DNA of 64,000 bases, taken from assembly GCA_003343995.1 (NCBI GenBank), contig QAKE01000021.1, positions 1,284 to 65,283 of the forward strand. Reading direction: 5' to 3'. Position numbers and translations under genes: made by a program. Below the pieces are notes generated by a model. The model was not told where the DNA came from. It worked only from the letters and a program-made list of their open reading frames with translations, and did not search any database. The stretch is from Bacillota bacterium (GTDB lineage Bacteria; Bacillota; Clostridia; Christensenellales; Borkfalkiaceae). Positions 19,215 through 29,036 of this stretch are shown here, in pieces; the first letter of the stretch is position 1, and each line of letters begins with the position of its first letter.

Positions 19215-20137
19215 TCGTCCTTTTTGCCGCGGGCGTCGTCGATGGCGCCGAGTATGGCGCAGATGACGCCGCCGACGGGGAACACCGCCCAGCCGGGGTG
19301 CCAAAGATCCGCAAAAAATCCGAGGGCGAGAAAGATAACCGTCGCCGTCAGCATGACCACGCCGCCGTATTTTCCTACGCCGCCTTTTTGCGCGGTTTCG
19401 GCGTTGAGCGCGATATTTTCCTGCGCAAGCGCGCGGCCGTAGCCCTCCCAGAGAATTCCGAAACAAATAAACAAAAACACGCCCGCGGCGATGAGCGCAA
19501 ACCCGCCCGTCAGCCCGACGATCAGCGCGGCGCGCCGTTCCATGGCGCAGGCGCAGAAAAATGCCGCCCCGATTATGCACAGCGCAACGCCGCACGAAAT
19601 GGCGCGGGCAAAGGCTTTCGCCTTGCGCTTATGCTCCGCGCGGTCGATTTTCATAAAATAAAAGCTGTCGAGTATGCCGATATAGCACATCGTGCCCACG
19701 CTCGCCGCGGCGAGCCCCAGCAAAATCCATAGCCCGCACAACACGTATACAATGCCGCGTTCGGAAAATAAGCAAAACAGTATGAGCGCGATCACCCCCG
19801 CGATGAGCGCGCTTACGCAAACCGACATCGTAACGGCGAATTTTTTCCGCCAGCTTTCGGGCTTTTCGCTTTGCGGTATGCGCGGCGCGTCCGTCGTTTT
19901 TTCTGGCGCTTCGGGCGCGTCGTTTTCGCTTTCGCGCCGTTTGCCCTTCAACAGTTCGTCAATGCTGACGCCGAACAGTTCGGAAAGGGGCAGCAGCTGG
20001 GAAGTTTCGGGAAAGCTGTCCCCGTTTTCCCATTTGGACACCGCTTGGTTCGTGATGCCGAGTTTGTCGGCGAGTTCGCTCTGCGTCCAGCCCTTTTCCT
20101 TGCGCAGCGCGTAAAGCATGTTTGAAAAATCGCTCAT
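19211..20137 (-). CDS. Membrane-anchored XRE-family (HTH_3) transcriptional regulator
   Basis: N-terminal LRKEKGWTQSELADKLGITNQAVSKWENG HTH, a charged linker, then about 5-6 predicted TM helices. Confidence 0.8.
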   Translation of the reverse strand: MSDFSNMLYALRKEKGWTQSELADKLGITNQAVSKWENGDSFPETSQLLPLSELFGVSIDELLKGKRRESENDAPEAPEKTTDAPRIPQSEKPESWRKKFAVTMSVCVSALIAGVIALILFCLFSERGIVYVLCGLWILLGLAAASVGTMCYIGILDSFYFMKIDRAEHKRKAKAFARAISCGVALCIIGAAFFCACAMERRAALIVGLTGGFALIAAGVFLFICFGILWEGYGRALAQENIALNAETAQKGGVGKYGGVVMLTATVIFLALGFFADLWHPGWAVFPVGGVICAILGAIDDARGKKDE

Positions 20138-20295
20138 AGTTCTCTCCTTTATTCGCTCAATTGCAAATACGCGGTTTGTATTTACGTTTTTATTTTATCA
20201 CGGGTGAACGGTTTCGCCAACAAACGGCGTTAGAACCTTTCCAACTTTCGGTTGAATTTTGCGTTTTCGCGTTTTTTTGTAGGCGTTTCGCCCGT

Positions 20296-20811
20296 TCAGC
20301 GGCGTTTTTCCGCCTTGTAAACGACGTGCGGCATGTCGATGCCGTAATAATGCTTCGTAAAGCCGCCGACGATTTCCATGCCGTTTTTCTCCGCCACGCG
20401 GCGGGAGGCGAGGTTGTTGTCGCGTATGATGGAATAAACCTCGTTTACGCCGAGCACGTTGAAAGCATAATTTTTGCACGCCCGCGCCGCTTCGATCGCG
20501 TAGCCGTTGCGCCAATATTCCCTGCGGAACAGATAGCCGATTTCGGTGACGGTTTTTTGCGGTGTTTCCTGCAAGGTCAGCCCGCACTGCCCGATAAACG
20601 CCCCCGTTTCCTTCAAGATAACCGCCCACAGTCCGAACCCGTCGCGCTCGTAGCGGGCAAGCTGTTTATTCAGCCAATTTTCCGCCTCCTCAAAGGTGAA
20701 AGCGTGCGCATATGCATACATGGTCCTTTCGTCGCATAATATGTTACACAGGTCTTTAAAATCGCCCTTCGTCATTTTCCGAAGATACAGCCGTTCGGTT
20801 TCCAAAATCAT
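20296..20811 (-). CDS. GNAT-family N-acetyltransferase (RimJ/RimL-like)
   Basis: 171 aa. Starts ERLYLRKMTKGDFKDL and has an acetyl-CoA binding-like core IGYLFRREYWRNGYAIEAARA. Confidence 0.85.
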   Translation of the reverse strand: MILETERLYLRKMTKGDFKDLCNILCDERTMYAYAHAFTFEEAENWLNKQLARYERDGFGLWAVILKETGAFIGQCGLTLQETPQKTVTEIGYLFRREYWRNGYAIEAARACKNYAFNVLGVNEVYSIIRDNNLASRRVAEKNGMEIVGGFTKHYYGIDMPHVVYKAEKRR

Positions 20812-20830
20812 AATTTGCTCCTTTTTCTAT

Positions 20831-20860
20831 AAAACGCCCCCGTTGTTTCAACGGGGGCGC
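20831..20860 (-). terminator. Probable terminator after upp
   Basis: CGCCCCCGTT-gtttc-AACGGGGGCG hairpin 10 nt downstream of the upp stop on the minus strand. Confidence 0.5.
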
Positions 20861-20869
20861 GCTATTTTG

Positions 20870-21502
20870 TTATTTCGTGCCGAAAATTCTGTCGCCGGCG
20901 TCTCCCAGCCCCGGCATGATGTAGCCGTGTTCGTTGAGCCGTTCGTCGAGGGACGCGCAGTAAAGCGGCACGTCGGGGTGCGCCTCGGTAAACGCGCGTA
21001 TGCCCTCCGGCGCGGAGATCAGGCACATGAATTTGATGTCCTTGCAGTCGCGCGCTTTCAAAAAATTGACCGCGGCGACGGCGCTGCCGCCCGTGGCGAG
21101 CATGGGATCGACGACGATGACCTGTCTGTTTTGAATATCGTCGGGCAGTTTGCAGTAATATTCGTGCGGCTGCAGCGTTTCATGATCGCGGTAAAGCCCG
21201 ATATGCCCGACCTTCGCCGTGGGGAAAAGATTTAAAATGCCGCTCGTCATGCCCAGCCCCGCGCGGAGAATGGGCACCACCGCCACGTCCTTGCAGGAAA
21301 GCACCTTCACGTCCGCCTCCGCCACGGGGGTTTTCAGCCTTACCGTTTTCAGGGGAAGATCGCGGAAAACCTCGTAAGCCATCAGCATGGCGATTTCCTC
21401 CACGAGTTCGCGGAACTGTTTGGAGGAGGTGTTTTCGTCCCGCATCAAAGAGATTTTGTGCGTGATCAAGGGGTGGTCGAATACCGTAACGTTAGCGTTC
21501 AT
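20870..21502 (-). CDS. upp: Uracil phosphoribosyltransferase
   Basis: Trimmed to Met19 of the tracked ORF ([22 protein letters not shown]). PRPP-binding motif [13 protein letters not shown]. Confidence 0.95.
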   Translation of the reverse strand: MNANVTVFDHPLITHKISLMRDENTSSKQFRELVEEIAMLMAYEVFRDLPLKTVRLKTPVAEADVKVLSCKDVAVVPILRAGLGMTSGILNLFPTAKVGHIGLYRDHETLQPHEYYCKLPDDIQNRQVIVVDPMLATGGSAVAAVNFLKARDCKDIKFMCLISAPEGIRAFTEAHPDVPLYCASLDERLNEHGYIMPGLGDAGDRIFGTK

Positions 21503-21564
21503 TTGTTCCTTCCTTCGCGCGTTTTGCGCATAAATTTTGCGCCGTTGTCGGCGCAAAGGGTTTT

Positions 21565-21834
21565 TTATTGTTCTTTTGCGAGTTCTTCTTCGTAAACCTT
21601 CGTCACGGCGGCGATGAGCTCCTCGCGCATGTCCTGACGGATGGGGTGGGCGATATCTTTATATTCGCCCTCGTTGGTCTTTCTCGAAGGCATTGCGATA
21701 AACGTTCCGTCGTTGCCCGCGATCACCTTGATGTCGTGAATCACGAAACAATCGTCGAAGGTGACGGACGCCACCGCTTTCAATTTGCTTTCGTCTTTTC
21801 TTACGATGCGCACGCGCACGTCGGAAATTTTCAT
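21565..21834 (-). CDS. spoVG: Septation/sporulation regulator SpoVG
   Basis: [53 protein letters not shown] is a classic SpoVG sequence. Confidence 0.92.
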   Translation of the reverse strand: MKISDVRVRIVRKDESKLKAVASVTFDDCFVIHDIKVIAGNDGTFIAMPSRKTNEGEYKDIAHPIRQDMREELIAAVTKVYEEELAKEQ

Positions 21835-21959
21835 GCTGTTTTACCTCTTATCATAATATATACAAATATTTTAGCACATCTTTTGCGTACTTTCAATAGG
21901 TTTTTGTAAATTTTTACGATTTCAGGCAAATTTTTTTGAAAACAATCATAGTATACCGT

Positions 21960-23306
21960 ATGAAAGGTTGTCGAATATTATCTGAAACGGAAAAACTGCA
22001 CTTCATTGGCGCGGGCGGCATCGGCATGAGCGCGCTCGCGCAGTATGCCCTCGCCTGCGGAAAAAAGGTCAGCGGTTCGGACTGCGCGGCGAACGAGCAG
22101 GTGAAAAAGCTCTCCGCGCTGGGCGTGAAGATCGCGTTGGGGCACGAACGGGGCAACGCGCGGGGCGCCGACGCGGTGGTGTATACCTCCGCCGTGGCGG
22201 ACGATAACCCCGAACTGCAGTTTGCGCGCGATAACGGCAAGCTGATCTTAAAGCGCGCGGAATTTCTGCGCTGCGTGGAACAAGCGCACCGGCTTTCGGT
22301 GGCGGTGAGCGGCTGTCACGGCAAAACCACGACCACCGCCATGCTTGCGCACATGTATCTGTGCGCAAATAAGAGCGCGACGTGCATGATCGGCGGGGAG
22401 GATCTTACTTTGGGCAACTTCACTTACGGCGAGGACGTGTTTTTGACGGAGGCATGCGAATACAAGCGCAATTTTCTCTACTTAACGCCCGACGTCGCCG
22501 TGGTGCTCAACATCGATAACGATCACCTCGACTGCTATAAAAACATGGATGAACTGATTGCCGCATACCGTGAATTTGCGGGAAACGGCATCGCCGTCGT
22601 CAACGCGGACGACGAAAACGCCATGCGTGCGGCGGGGCAGAACAGCGTGAGCTTCGGCATAAAAAATCCCGCCATGTACGGCGCGGAAAATATCAAAAAG
22701 GACGCGCATAACCGCTATTCCTTCACCTTTACGGAATACGGCATGAAAAAAGAAAGGGTGAATTTAAACGTTGCGGGCTTGCACAACGTGTACAACGCGC
22801 TGGCTGCCGTCGCCGCCGCGCGCAACAGCGGGCTCACCGCGGCGGAGGCGGCGCGGGGCGCGGAGCATTTCAAGGGCGTTAAGCGGCGCAACGAGGTCAT
22901 CGGGGAAATCGCCGGCGTAAAAATCGTCGCCGATTACGCGCACCACCCCAAGGAGATCGCCGGCGCGCTCTCCGCGGCGAAAAAGCCGCTCGTCGTGTTT
23001 CAGCCGCACACCTATTCGAGAACGCGGCTGTTGATGGAGGACTTCTGCGCCGCGCTGGAGGGCTTTTCCGTCGTCGTTTACCCCACCTACGCCGCGCGGG
23101 AGCAATACGATTTCGCGGGGAGCGCGTACGCGCTCTGTTCGGCGTTGAAGGAGCGGGGCGCGGACGCCGCGTATGCGGAAAACGTCGGGCGGCTGATGGC
23201 GAAAATAGAGGAGCGCGCGGCGGATTTTTCGGAAATTTACCTCCTCGGCGCGGGGGATTTGTACGACGAAGTGACAAAACGCTTAAAAAAGTACGATAAA
23301 GTATAG
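21960..23306 (+). CDS. murC: UDP-N-acetylmuramate--L-alanine ligase
   Basis: HFIGAGGIGMSALA N-terminus and Mur ligase P-loop GCHGKTTTTAM. The exact start is uncertain (ATG 21960 versus the tracked TTG 21936). Confidence 0.9.
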   Translation: MKGCRILSETEKLHFIGAGGIGMSALAQYALACGKKVSGSDCAANEQVKKLSALGVKIALGHERGNARGADAVVYTSAVADDNPELQFARDNGKLILKRAEFLRCVEQAHRLSVAVSGCHGKTTTTAMLAHMYLCANKSATCMIGGEDLTLGNFTYGEDVFLTEACEYKRNFLYLTPDVAVVLNIDNDHLDCYKNMDELIAAYREFAGNGIAVVNADDENAMRAAGQNSVSFGIKNPAMYGAENIKKDAHNRYSFTFTEYGMKKERVNLNVAGLHNVYNALAAVAAARNSGLTAAEAARGAEHFKGVKRRNEVIGEIAGVKIVADYAHHPKEIAGALSAAKKPLVVFQPHTYSRTRLLMEDFCAALEGFSVVVYPTYAAREQYDFAGSAYALCSALKERGADAAYAENVGRLMAKIEERAADFSEIYLLGAGDLYDEVTKRLKKYDKV

Positions 23307-23338
23307 ACAAAACGCCGTTTTAAGGTTATAATAAAACT

Positions 23339-23761
23339 ATGCAAAACGATTACGAAAGCGCGTTGAAACGCGACGGAATGCTGGTTTTCGTGCCGGGGGG
23401 CAACAGCATGTGGCCGACCTTGAAGCACGAGGGGCAGTCCGTCGTCGTTCTTCCCAAAACGGACAAGCTCAGATTGTACGACGTGCCGCTGTACAAGCGG
23501 GAAAACGGGCAGTACGTGCTCCACCGCGTGGTGGGGTTTGCCGAGGGCGGATACCTCGTCTGCGGCGATTCGCAGTTCAACGAGGAAGTCGTTGCCGAGG
23601 AGCAGATCGTCGGCGTGATGAACGGCTTTTACAGGGGCAAGAAATTCATTTCGGCAGACGAAAAGAAAAGCCGCCGCGCCGCGCTGTTTCTGCGCAGACA
23701 CCGCTTTATCAAGCGGGTGGCGGTCAAGCTGTATTTTACGTTTAAAAGGGGAAGAGGATGA
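23339..23761 (+). CDS. Small clan-SF (S24/S26-like) serine peptidase homologue with no TM anchor
   Basis: 140 aa. GGNSMWPTL (Ser23), YVLHRVVG (His62 where S24/S26A enzymes have the catalytic Lys) and CGDSQ box. The stop overlaps the next gene's ATG (ATGA at 23758). Confidence 0.75.
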   Translation: MQNDYESALKRDGMLVFVPGGNSMWPTLKHEGQSVVVLPKTDKLRLYDVPLYKRENGQYVLHRVVGFAEGGYLVCGDSQFNEEVVAEEQIVGVMNGFYRGKKFISADEKKSRRAALFLRRHRFIKRVAVKLYFTFKRGRG

Positions 23762-25416
23762 AAAATCAACGGGCGTTGCAATGGATTAAGCAGGGGCTGA
23801 AAGGGCAGGGGAAAAAGATCGCGTTCGTCATCGCCGCCACCGTCGTCAACGCGTCCGTTACGGTGCTTTACGCGCTCCTCGTCAAGGATATCGTAAACGA
23901 GGCGACGGCGGCGGACGGCTCCATTCAAAAAATAGGCGTGCTCGCGGCGATCATCGCGGGCGCGGTGGTTTTGCAGTGCGTTTTAGCGCTCCTTTCGGGG
24001 CTGATACGGGAAAACTTGCGTGCGCGCGCGGAAATTCAGCTGAGAAAGCGCGCGTTCGACGCGGTGCTCGGCGGCGATTACGCGGAGATTTCCGCCTATC
24101 ACAGCGGCGATATTCAAAACAGAATTTTTTCCGATTCCGCCATCGTCGCCGACGGCGCGGCGCGCATTTTGCCGAACCTCGTCGGCGCGGCGAGCACCTT
24201 GGCGTTCAGCGCGGTCACCTTGTTTATCTTACAGCCGATATATACGGCGATTTTGCTCGGCGCGTGCGTGGCGGCGTTCTTTCTGGCGATTTCTTTCCGC
24301 AAAATCATCAAGCGATTGCACAAGCAAACGCGGGAAGCGGACGGAAAGTCCCGCGAATTTATGCAGGAATCGGTGGAAAACCTCCTCGCGGTGCAGGTGT
24401 TCGAGGCGCAGGGCAATTTTTCCAAAAAGGCGGAAAAACTGCTCGATAAATTTTACGCCGCGGCGGCGCGGCAGAACCGCTTCACGATTTTTTCCATGGA
24501 TTCCGTGTGGATGGCGTTCCGCATTTTCTACGTCGCCGCCCTCATCTTCGGGTTGTTTGAAATCTTTTACGGCCGCACCGACTACGGCACGCTCACCGCG
24601 ATGCTGCAGCTCGTCAGCCACATTCAGACGCCCGTTATCAACCTTTCGGGCGTTGCGCCCCGCTACTTTATGATGATCGCCTCCGCCGAACGGCTGATGG
24701 AGCTGGAAAAAAAGCGCGCGAAAAACTACGGCGGCGAGCCCGCGGCGGCGTTTTACGAAAAGCTGGAAGCGCTGGTGTTCGACGACGTTACCTTTCATTA
24801 CGGCAGGGAAAGCGTGCTCGAACACGTCGATCTGCGGGTGAAGAAGGGGGATTTCGCCGTCATAAAAGGGGAATCGGGCATCGGCAAGAGTACGCTTTTA
24901 AAACTACTTTTAGGGGTGTATAAGCCGGTGGAGGGCGCGGTGTATCTGCAAACGCAAGCGGGCAGGGAAAGCGCGGTTTCGGGGCTGTTCGCCTACGTGC
25001 CGCAGGGCAACATGCTCTTTTCCGGCACGGTGCGGGAAAACCTTTGTTTCATCAACGAAAACGCGGACGAAGAACAGCTGCGCCGCGCGCTGGAAAGCGC
25101 CTGCGCGGAATACGTGTACGCTCTGCCGGAGGGCTTGGAAACGCCCATCGGCGAAAACGGGTTCGGGCTGAGCGAAGGGCAGGTGCAAAGGCTTGCCATC
25201 GCCCGCGCACTGCTCGCCGACGCGCCGGTTTTGTTGCTGGACGAGGCGACCAGCGCCCTCGACGCCGACACCGAGCGGGCGCTGTTGGAAAACCTGCGGG
25301 CGCTCGGCAATAAAACAGTCATTTTAATCACGCACAAGCAGGCGGCGGAATCGCTTGCCGACGCCGTGATCACCATCAAAAACAAGGAGGTTCACATCGA
25401 TGAACGCAAATCTTGA
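23758..25416 (+). CDS. ABC exporter, fused permease/ATPase half-transporter (MsbA/type-I exporter-like)
   Basis: 552 aa with an N-terminal six-helix TMD. NBD has [24 protein letters not shown] and [12 protein letters not shown]. Confidence 0.9.
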   Translation: MKNQRALQWIKQGLKGQGKKIAFVIAATVVNASVTVLYALLVKDIVNEATAADGSIQKIGVLAAIIAGAVVLQCVLALLSGLIRENLRARAEIQLRKRAFDAVLGGDYAEISAYHSGDIQNRIFSDSAIVADGAARILPNLVGAASTLAFSAVTLFILQPIYTAILLGACVAAFFLAISFRKIIKRLHKQTREADGKSREFMQESVENLLAVQVFEAQGNFSKKAEKLLDKFYAAAARQNRFTIFSMDSVWMAFRIFYVAALIFGLFEIFYGRTDYGTLTAMLQLVSHIQTPVINLSGVAPRYFMMIASAERLMELEKKRAKNYGGEPAAAFYEKLEALVFDDVTFHYGRESVLEHVDLRVKKGDFAVIKGESGIGKSTLLKLLLGVYKPVEGAVYLQTQAGRESAVSGLFAYVPQGNMLFSGTVRENLCFINENADEEQLRRALESACAEYVYALPEGLETPIGENGFGLSEGQVQRLAIARALLADAPVLLLDEATSALDADTERALLENLRALGNKTVILITHKQAAESLADAVITIKNKEVHIDERKS

Positions 25417-26647
25417 AACGCTGGGCAGCCGCGCGAAAACGGCGGCGGCGTGTCTGAATAAATTGAGCAAAAAGGAAATCGACGCCGCGCTCGAACGGGC
25501 GGCGGACAAGCTGGTCGAGCGGACGGAAGAGGTGCTCGCGGCAAACGCCGCGGACGTAAAGCGCGCGGAGGAAAAGGGGGTGAACGCGCCCCTCGTGGAC
25601 CGCTTGCGTTTGGATAAGGCGCGCATTGCGGATATCGCCGACGGACTGCGCAAAATCGCGGCACTGCCCTCGCCCGTCGGGGAAACGGTGTACGCCTACG
25701 AAAAGGAAAACGGCTTGAAAATCGAAGAAAAGCGCGTGCCCTTCGGCGTGATCGGCATGATCTTCGAATCCCGCCCCAACGTGGCGGCGGACGCCTTCGG
25801 TCTGTGTTTCAAAACGGCAAACGCCGTCATTCTGCGCGGCGGTTCGGACGCAGTATCCTCCGTTGCCGCCATCGTGGGCGCTTTGCGGTGCGCGCTGAAG
25901 GAATGCGGCGTGGACGAAAACGCCGTACAGCTCATCGAGGATACTTCCCGCGAGACGGTAACGCAGTTCATGAAGATGCGCGGCACGCTCGATCTGCTCT
26001 TTCCCCGCGGCGGAGCGGGGCTCATCCGCAACGTGCTGGAAAACGCCACCGTGCCCGTCATCGAAACGGGCACCGGCAACTGCCATATCTACGTGGACGA
26101 AACGGCGGACGCGGACATGGCGGCGAATATCGTGTATAACGCCAAAACGCAGCGGTACGGCGTGTGCAATGCCTGCGAATCGTTGGTGGTGCATAAAAAT
26201 ATCGCCGCAAAAGCCCTGCCCGCGATCTACGCGCGGTTAAAGGAAAAGGGCGTGGAAGTGCGCGCGGACGAGTTCGCGCAAAAGATTTGCGCCGAGTTCA
26301 AGCCCGCTGCGGAAGAGGATTTCGGCACGGAATATCTCGACGCGGTGATTTCCGTAAAAACGGTGAACAGCGTGGACGAGGCGATCGCGCACATCAACAA
26401 ATATAACACGAAACACAGCGAAAGCATCATCACGAACGACGCGGCGAACGCCGAAAAGTTTTTGAACGAAGTGGACGCGGCGGCGGTGTACGTAAACGCG
26501 TCCACCCGCTTTACCGACGGGTTCGAGTTCGGTTTGGGTGCGGAAATCGGCATCAGCACGCAGAAACTGCACGCGCGCGGACCGATGGGACTGCGGGCGC
26601 TGACCACCACGAAATTCTATTGCCGCGGCGAGGGGCAGATACGATGA
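25400..26647 (+). CDS. proA: Gamma-glutamyl phosphate reductase
   Basis: 415 aa with ProA-type aldehyde dehydrogenase motifs ([31 protein letters not shown]). SD AAGGAGG lies 9 nt upstream. Overlaps the exporter by 17 nt. Confidence 0.93.
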   Translation: MNANLETLGSRAKTAAACLNKLSKKEIDAALERAADKLVERTEEVLAANAADVKRAEEKGVNAPLVDRLRLDKARIADIADGLRKIAALPSPVGETVYAYEKENGLKIEEKRVPFGVIGMIFESRPNVAADAFGLCFKTANAVILRGGSDAVSSVAAIVGALRCALKECGVDENAVQLIEDTSRETVTQFMKMRGTLDLLFPRGGAGLIRNVLENATVPVIETGTGNCHIYVDETADADMAANIVYNAKTQRYGVCNACESLVVHKNIAAKALPAIYARLKEKGVEVRADEFAQKICAEFKPAAEEDFGTEYLDAVISVKTVNSVDEAIAHINKYNTKHSESIITNDAANAEKFLNEVDAAAVYVNASTRFTDGFEFGLGAEIGISTQKLHARGPMGLRALTTTKFYCRGEGQIR

Positions 26648-27567
26648 ATATTTACGGCGGCGTAGAGGAGCTTATCGGAAGAACGCCCCTTTTGGAATTG
26701 AAAAAAATCGCGGCGGCAAACGGGCTGAAGGCGCGCGTTTTCGCAAAGCTGGAATGTTTTAACCCCGCCGGCAGCGCGAAGGACAGAATCGCGCTTTTTA
26801 TGCTGAACGACGCGGAAAAGCGCGGGGCGTTATCCCGCGGGGGCACCGTCGTGGAGCCGACGAGCGGCAACACGGGGGTGGGGCTTGCCATGCTCTGCGC
26901 CGCGCGGGGATATAAACTGATTCTGATCATGCCGGAAAACATGAGCGAGGAGCGGCGCAAGCTGCTGAAAGCCTACGGTGCGGAGCTTGTGCTCACGCCG
27001 GCGGCGGAGGGCATGGCGGGCGCGATCGCGCGGGCGGAGGGCATCGCAAAGGAGCGCGGCGCCTTTCTCGCGGGGCAGTTTGAAAACCCCGCCAACCCCT
27101 TGACGCACTATCTGACGACGGGCAGGGAGATTTACGAGGACGCCGACGGTAAAATCGATATTTTCGTCGCGGGAGTGGGCACGGGCGGCACGCTGAGCGG
27201 CTGCGCGAAGTTCCTCAAGGAAAAAAATCCCGCCGTGCGCGCGGTGGCGGTGGAACCCGCCGCGTCCCCCGTACTGAGCGGCGGAAAAAAGGGCGCGCAC
27301 GGACTGCAAGGCATCGGCGCGGGGTTCGTGCCGAAAAATCTCGATATGTCCCTCGTGGACGAAATCGTGCGGGTGACGGAAGAGGAGGCGTTTTTCTGCG
27401 CGCGCGAGCTGGCGAAAACAGAAGGCGTTTTAACGGGCATATCCTCGGGCGCGGCGCTTTTCGCCGCAAAAACGCTGGCGATGCGGGCGGAAAACGAGGG
27501 CAAAAACATCGCCGTCGTTCTCCCCGATACGGGGGCGCGGTATTTTTCCGCCAAACTTTTCGATTGA
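26644..27567 (+). CDS. cysK: Cysteine synthase A (O-acetylserine sulfhydrylase)
   Basis: Trimmed to [19 protein letters not shown] (ATGA overlap with proA). PLP Lys motif NPAGSAKDR and GTGGT loop. Confidence 0.93.
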   Translation: MNIYGGVEELIGRTPLLELKKIAAANGLKARVFAKLECFNPAGSAKDRIALFMLNDAEKRGALSRGGTVVEPTSGNTGVGLAMLCAARGYKLILIMPENMSEERRKLLKAYGAELVLTPAAEGMAGAIARAEGIAKERGAFLAGQFENPANPLTHYLTTGREIYEDADGKIDIFVAGVGTGGTLSGCAKFLKEKNPAVRAVAVEPAASPVLSGGKKGAHGLQGIGAGFVPKNLDMSLVDEIVRVTEEEAFFCARELAKTEGVLTGISSGAALFAAKTLAMRAENEGKNIAVVLPDTGARYFSAKLFD

Positions 27568-27623
27568 AAACGGTGGCGTTTTCGCCGCAAAGATGATACA
27601 ATAAAGAAAAACGGAGAAAGAAT

Positions 27624-28004
27624 ATGAAAATAGCACTGATAGCGCACGATAAAAAGAAAAACGAAATGATCGATTTCGCCGTGAGATACCGCGACGTTCT
27701 CTGCGAGCACGAACTGTTCGCAACGGGCACCACCGGCACGCTGGTGATGGGCGAAACGGGCTTGAATATCACCCGTATGAAGAGCGGTCCGCTCGGCGGC
27801 GATCAGCAGATCGGCTCGATGCTGGCGGACGGCAAGCTCGATTTGATCATCTTTCTGCGCGATCCGCTCACGGCGCAGCCGCACGAGCCGGATATTTCCG
27901 CGCTGCTCCGCTTATGCGACGTGTACTGCGTGCCCCTCGCCACGAACACCGCCACGGCGGCAATCGTGATGAACGCCTTGAAAAACGGCGATTTCGTAAA
28001 ATAA
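27624..28004 (+). CDS. mgsA: Methylglyoxal synthase
   Basis: [12 protein letters not shown]...GTTG...[10 protein letters not shown]...FLRDPL...HEPD, the canonical MGS pattern in 126 aa. Confidence 0.93.
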   Translation: MKIALIAHDKKKNEMIDFAVRYRDVLCEHELFATGTTGTLVMGETGLNITRMKSGPLGGDQQIGSMLADGKLDLIIFLRDPLTAQPHEPDISALLRLCDVYCVPLATNTATAAIVMNALKNGDFVK

Positions 28005-28016
28005 TAACGCTTTTCG

Positions 28017-28051
28017 GCGCGGCGGAAATTTCCGCCGCGCAAATTTTTTTT
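28017..28051 (+). terminator. Intrinsic terminator after mgsA
   Basis: GCGCGGCGGAA-at-TTCCGCCGCGC hairpin followed by T8. Confidence 0.65.
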
Positions 28052-28082
28052 AAATTTTTTGCAAATTAGTTTACGCTAACTC

Positions 28083-28111
28083 TTGACGGCGGCGTTTCGT
28101 TATAGTATAAT
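28083..28111 (+). promoter_or_regulatory. Promoter of the second feo operon
   Basis: TTGACG (28083..28088), 17-nt spacer, TATAAT (28106..28111). Confidence 0.5.
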
Positions 28112-28119
28112 GTCCACGT

Positions 28120-28174
28120 GAGTTCGGATATGCGAACTCAAATTTTCAACCCATTGGTTCGCTTATGCGAACTC
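28120..28174 (+). promoter_or_regulatory. Two related palindromic boxes just downstream of the feo promoter (candidate metalloregulator operators)
   Basis: GAGTTCGgatatgCGAACTC (28120..28139) and GGTTCGCttatGCGAACTC (28156..28174). They share 16 of 20 positions and start about 35 bp apart. Confidence 0.4.
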
Positions 28175-28221
28175 GTGCCGCGCGGACGACGGCACGGCGG
28201 GCGGGGAAAAAAGGAGGAGTT

Positions 28222-28578
28222 ATGACGGCGTCGGAAATAGCCTATCTGTTTGCGATAAAAGAGCTCGCCGCGGGCGGAGACGGCGGGGCGCGCTGCAAGT
28301 TTGTGGCGGAAAAACTGCATTTTTCCCGTGCGAGCGCAAGCCGCGCGCTGGATAAGCTGTGCGTAAAGCGCATGATCCGCCGCACGGCGCATAACGGGTT
28401 CGCCCTTACCGAGGCGGGCGCGGCGGCGGTGGAAACTTATGATAAATGCGTGCGTGCGGTGCAAGGCGAGCTGATCGCCCGTTTCGGGTGCAGGGAAAGC
28501 GCCGCAAGGGCGGACGCGCTGCGCGTGGTGTGCGCGCTGTCGGAAGAAAACTTGAAAAAATTGGCGCAGGAGGAATGA
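28222..28578 (+). CDS. DtxR/MntR-family-like metalloregulator (HTH plus dimerisation helix only, 118 aa)
   Basis: The ATG at 28222 follows AAGGAGGA. The winged-HTH pattern (FVAEKLHFSRASASRALDKLCVKRMIRR...GFALTEAG) resembles iron-dependent repressors. It is the first gene of the feoA-feoA-feoB operon. Confidence 0.65.
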   Translation: MTASEIAYLFAIKELAAGGDGGARCKFVAEKLHFSRASASRALDKLCVKRMIRRTAHNGFALTEAGAAAVETYDKCVRAVQGELIARFGCRESAARADALRVVCALSEENLKKLAQEE

Positions 28579-28579
28579 T

Positions 28580-28792
28580 ATGCCGTTAACGGTCGCGCCC
28601 CTGAACAGGGAAGTGAAGGTGTTGAAGGTGCTGGCGGAGGAAAAAACCAAACGGCACTTGGAAAATTTAGGCGTTTTGGCGGGAGAACGGCTGACGGTGC
28701 TTTCCGTCGTCGGCGGAAACGTCATTTGCATGGTAAAACAGAGCAGGCTCGCCCTCGATCGGCAGCTTGCCGTTAAAATATTCGTAGCGTAA
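28580..28792 (+). CDS. feoA: FeoA-family protein
   Basis: 70 aa with an SH3-like FeoA pattern (VKVLKVLAEEKTKRHLENLGVLAGERLTVL...RLALDRQLAVKIFV). Confidence 0.85.
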   Translation: MPLTVAPLNREVKVLKVLAEEKTKRHLENLGVLAGERLTVLSVVGGNVICMVKQSRLALDRQLAVKIFVA

Positions 28793-28802
28793 AGGAGGAC
28801 TT

Positions 28803-29036
28803 ATGGAAAAATATTTAAGCGATTTCGCCGTCGGAGAGACGGGAAAAATCAAAAGCGTGGCGGGCGAAGGACGCATCCGCCGCAGGCTGTTCGATATGGG
28901 CGTAACGGCGGGCGCAACGGTAACGCTGCGCAAAAAAGCGCCGCTGGGCGATCCCGTCGAGCTCAATATCCGCGGTTACGAGCTTTCTTTAAGAAAGGCG
29001 GAGGCCGCCTGCGTGCTCACGGAGGTGGAAAAATGA
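28803..29036 (+). CDS. feoA: FeoA-family protein
   Basis: 77 aa: GETGKIKSV...RRRLFDMGVTAGATVTLRKKAPLGDPVELNIRGYELSLRKAEA. ATGA overlap with feoB. Confidence 0.9.
   Translation: MEKYLSDFAVGETGKIKSVAGEGRIRRRLFDMGVTAGATVTLRKKAPLGDPVELNIRGYELSLRKAEAACVLTEVEK

Noticed and set aside
19211-20811. GNAT plus XRE gene pair as a GNAT-type toxin-antitoxin module.
   Set aside because: The genes are 158 bp apart, each with its own signals. The GNAT looks RimJ/RimL-like. The XRE protein is a 308-aa membrane protein rather than a small antitoxin.
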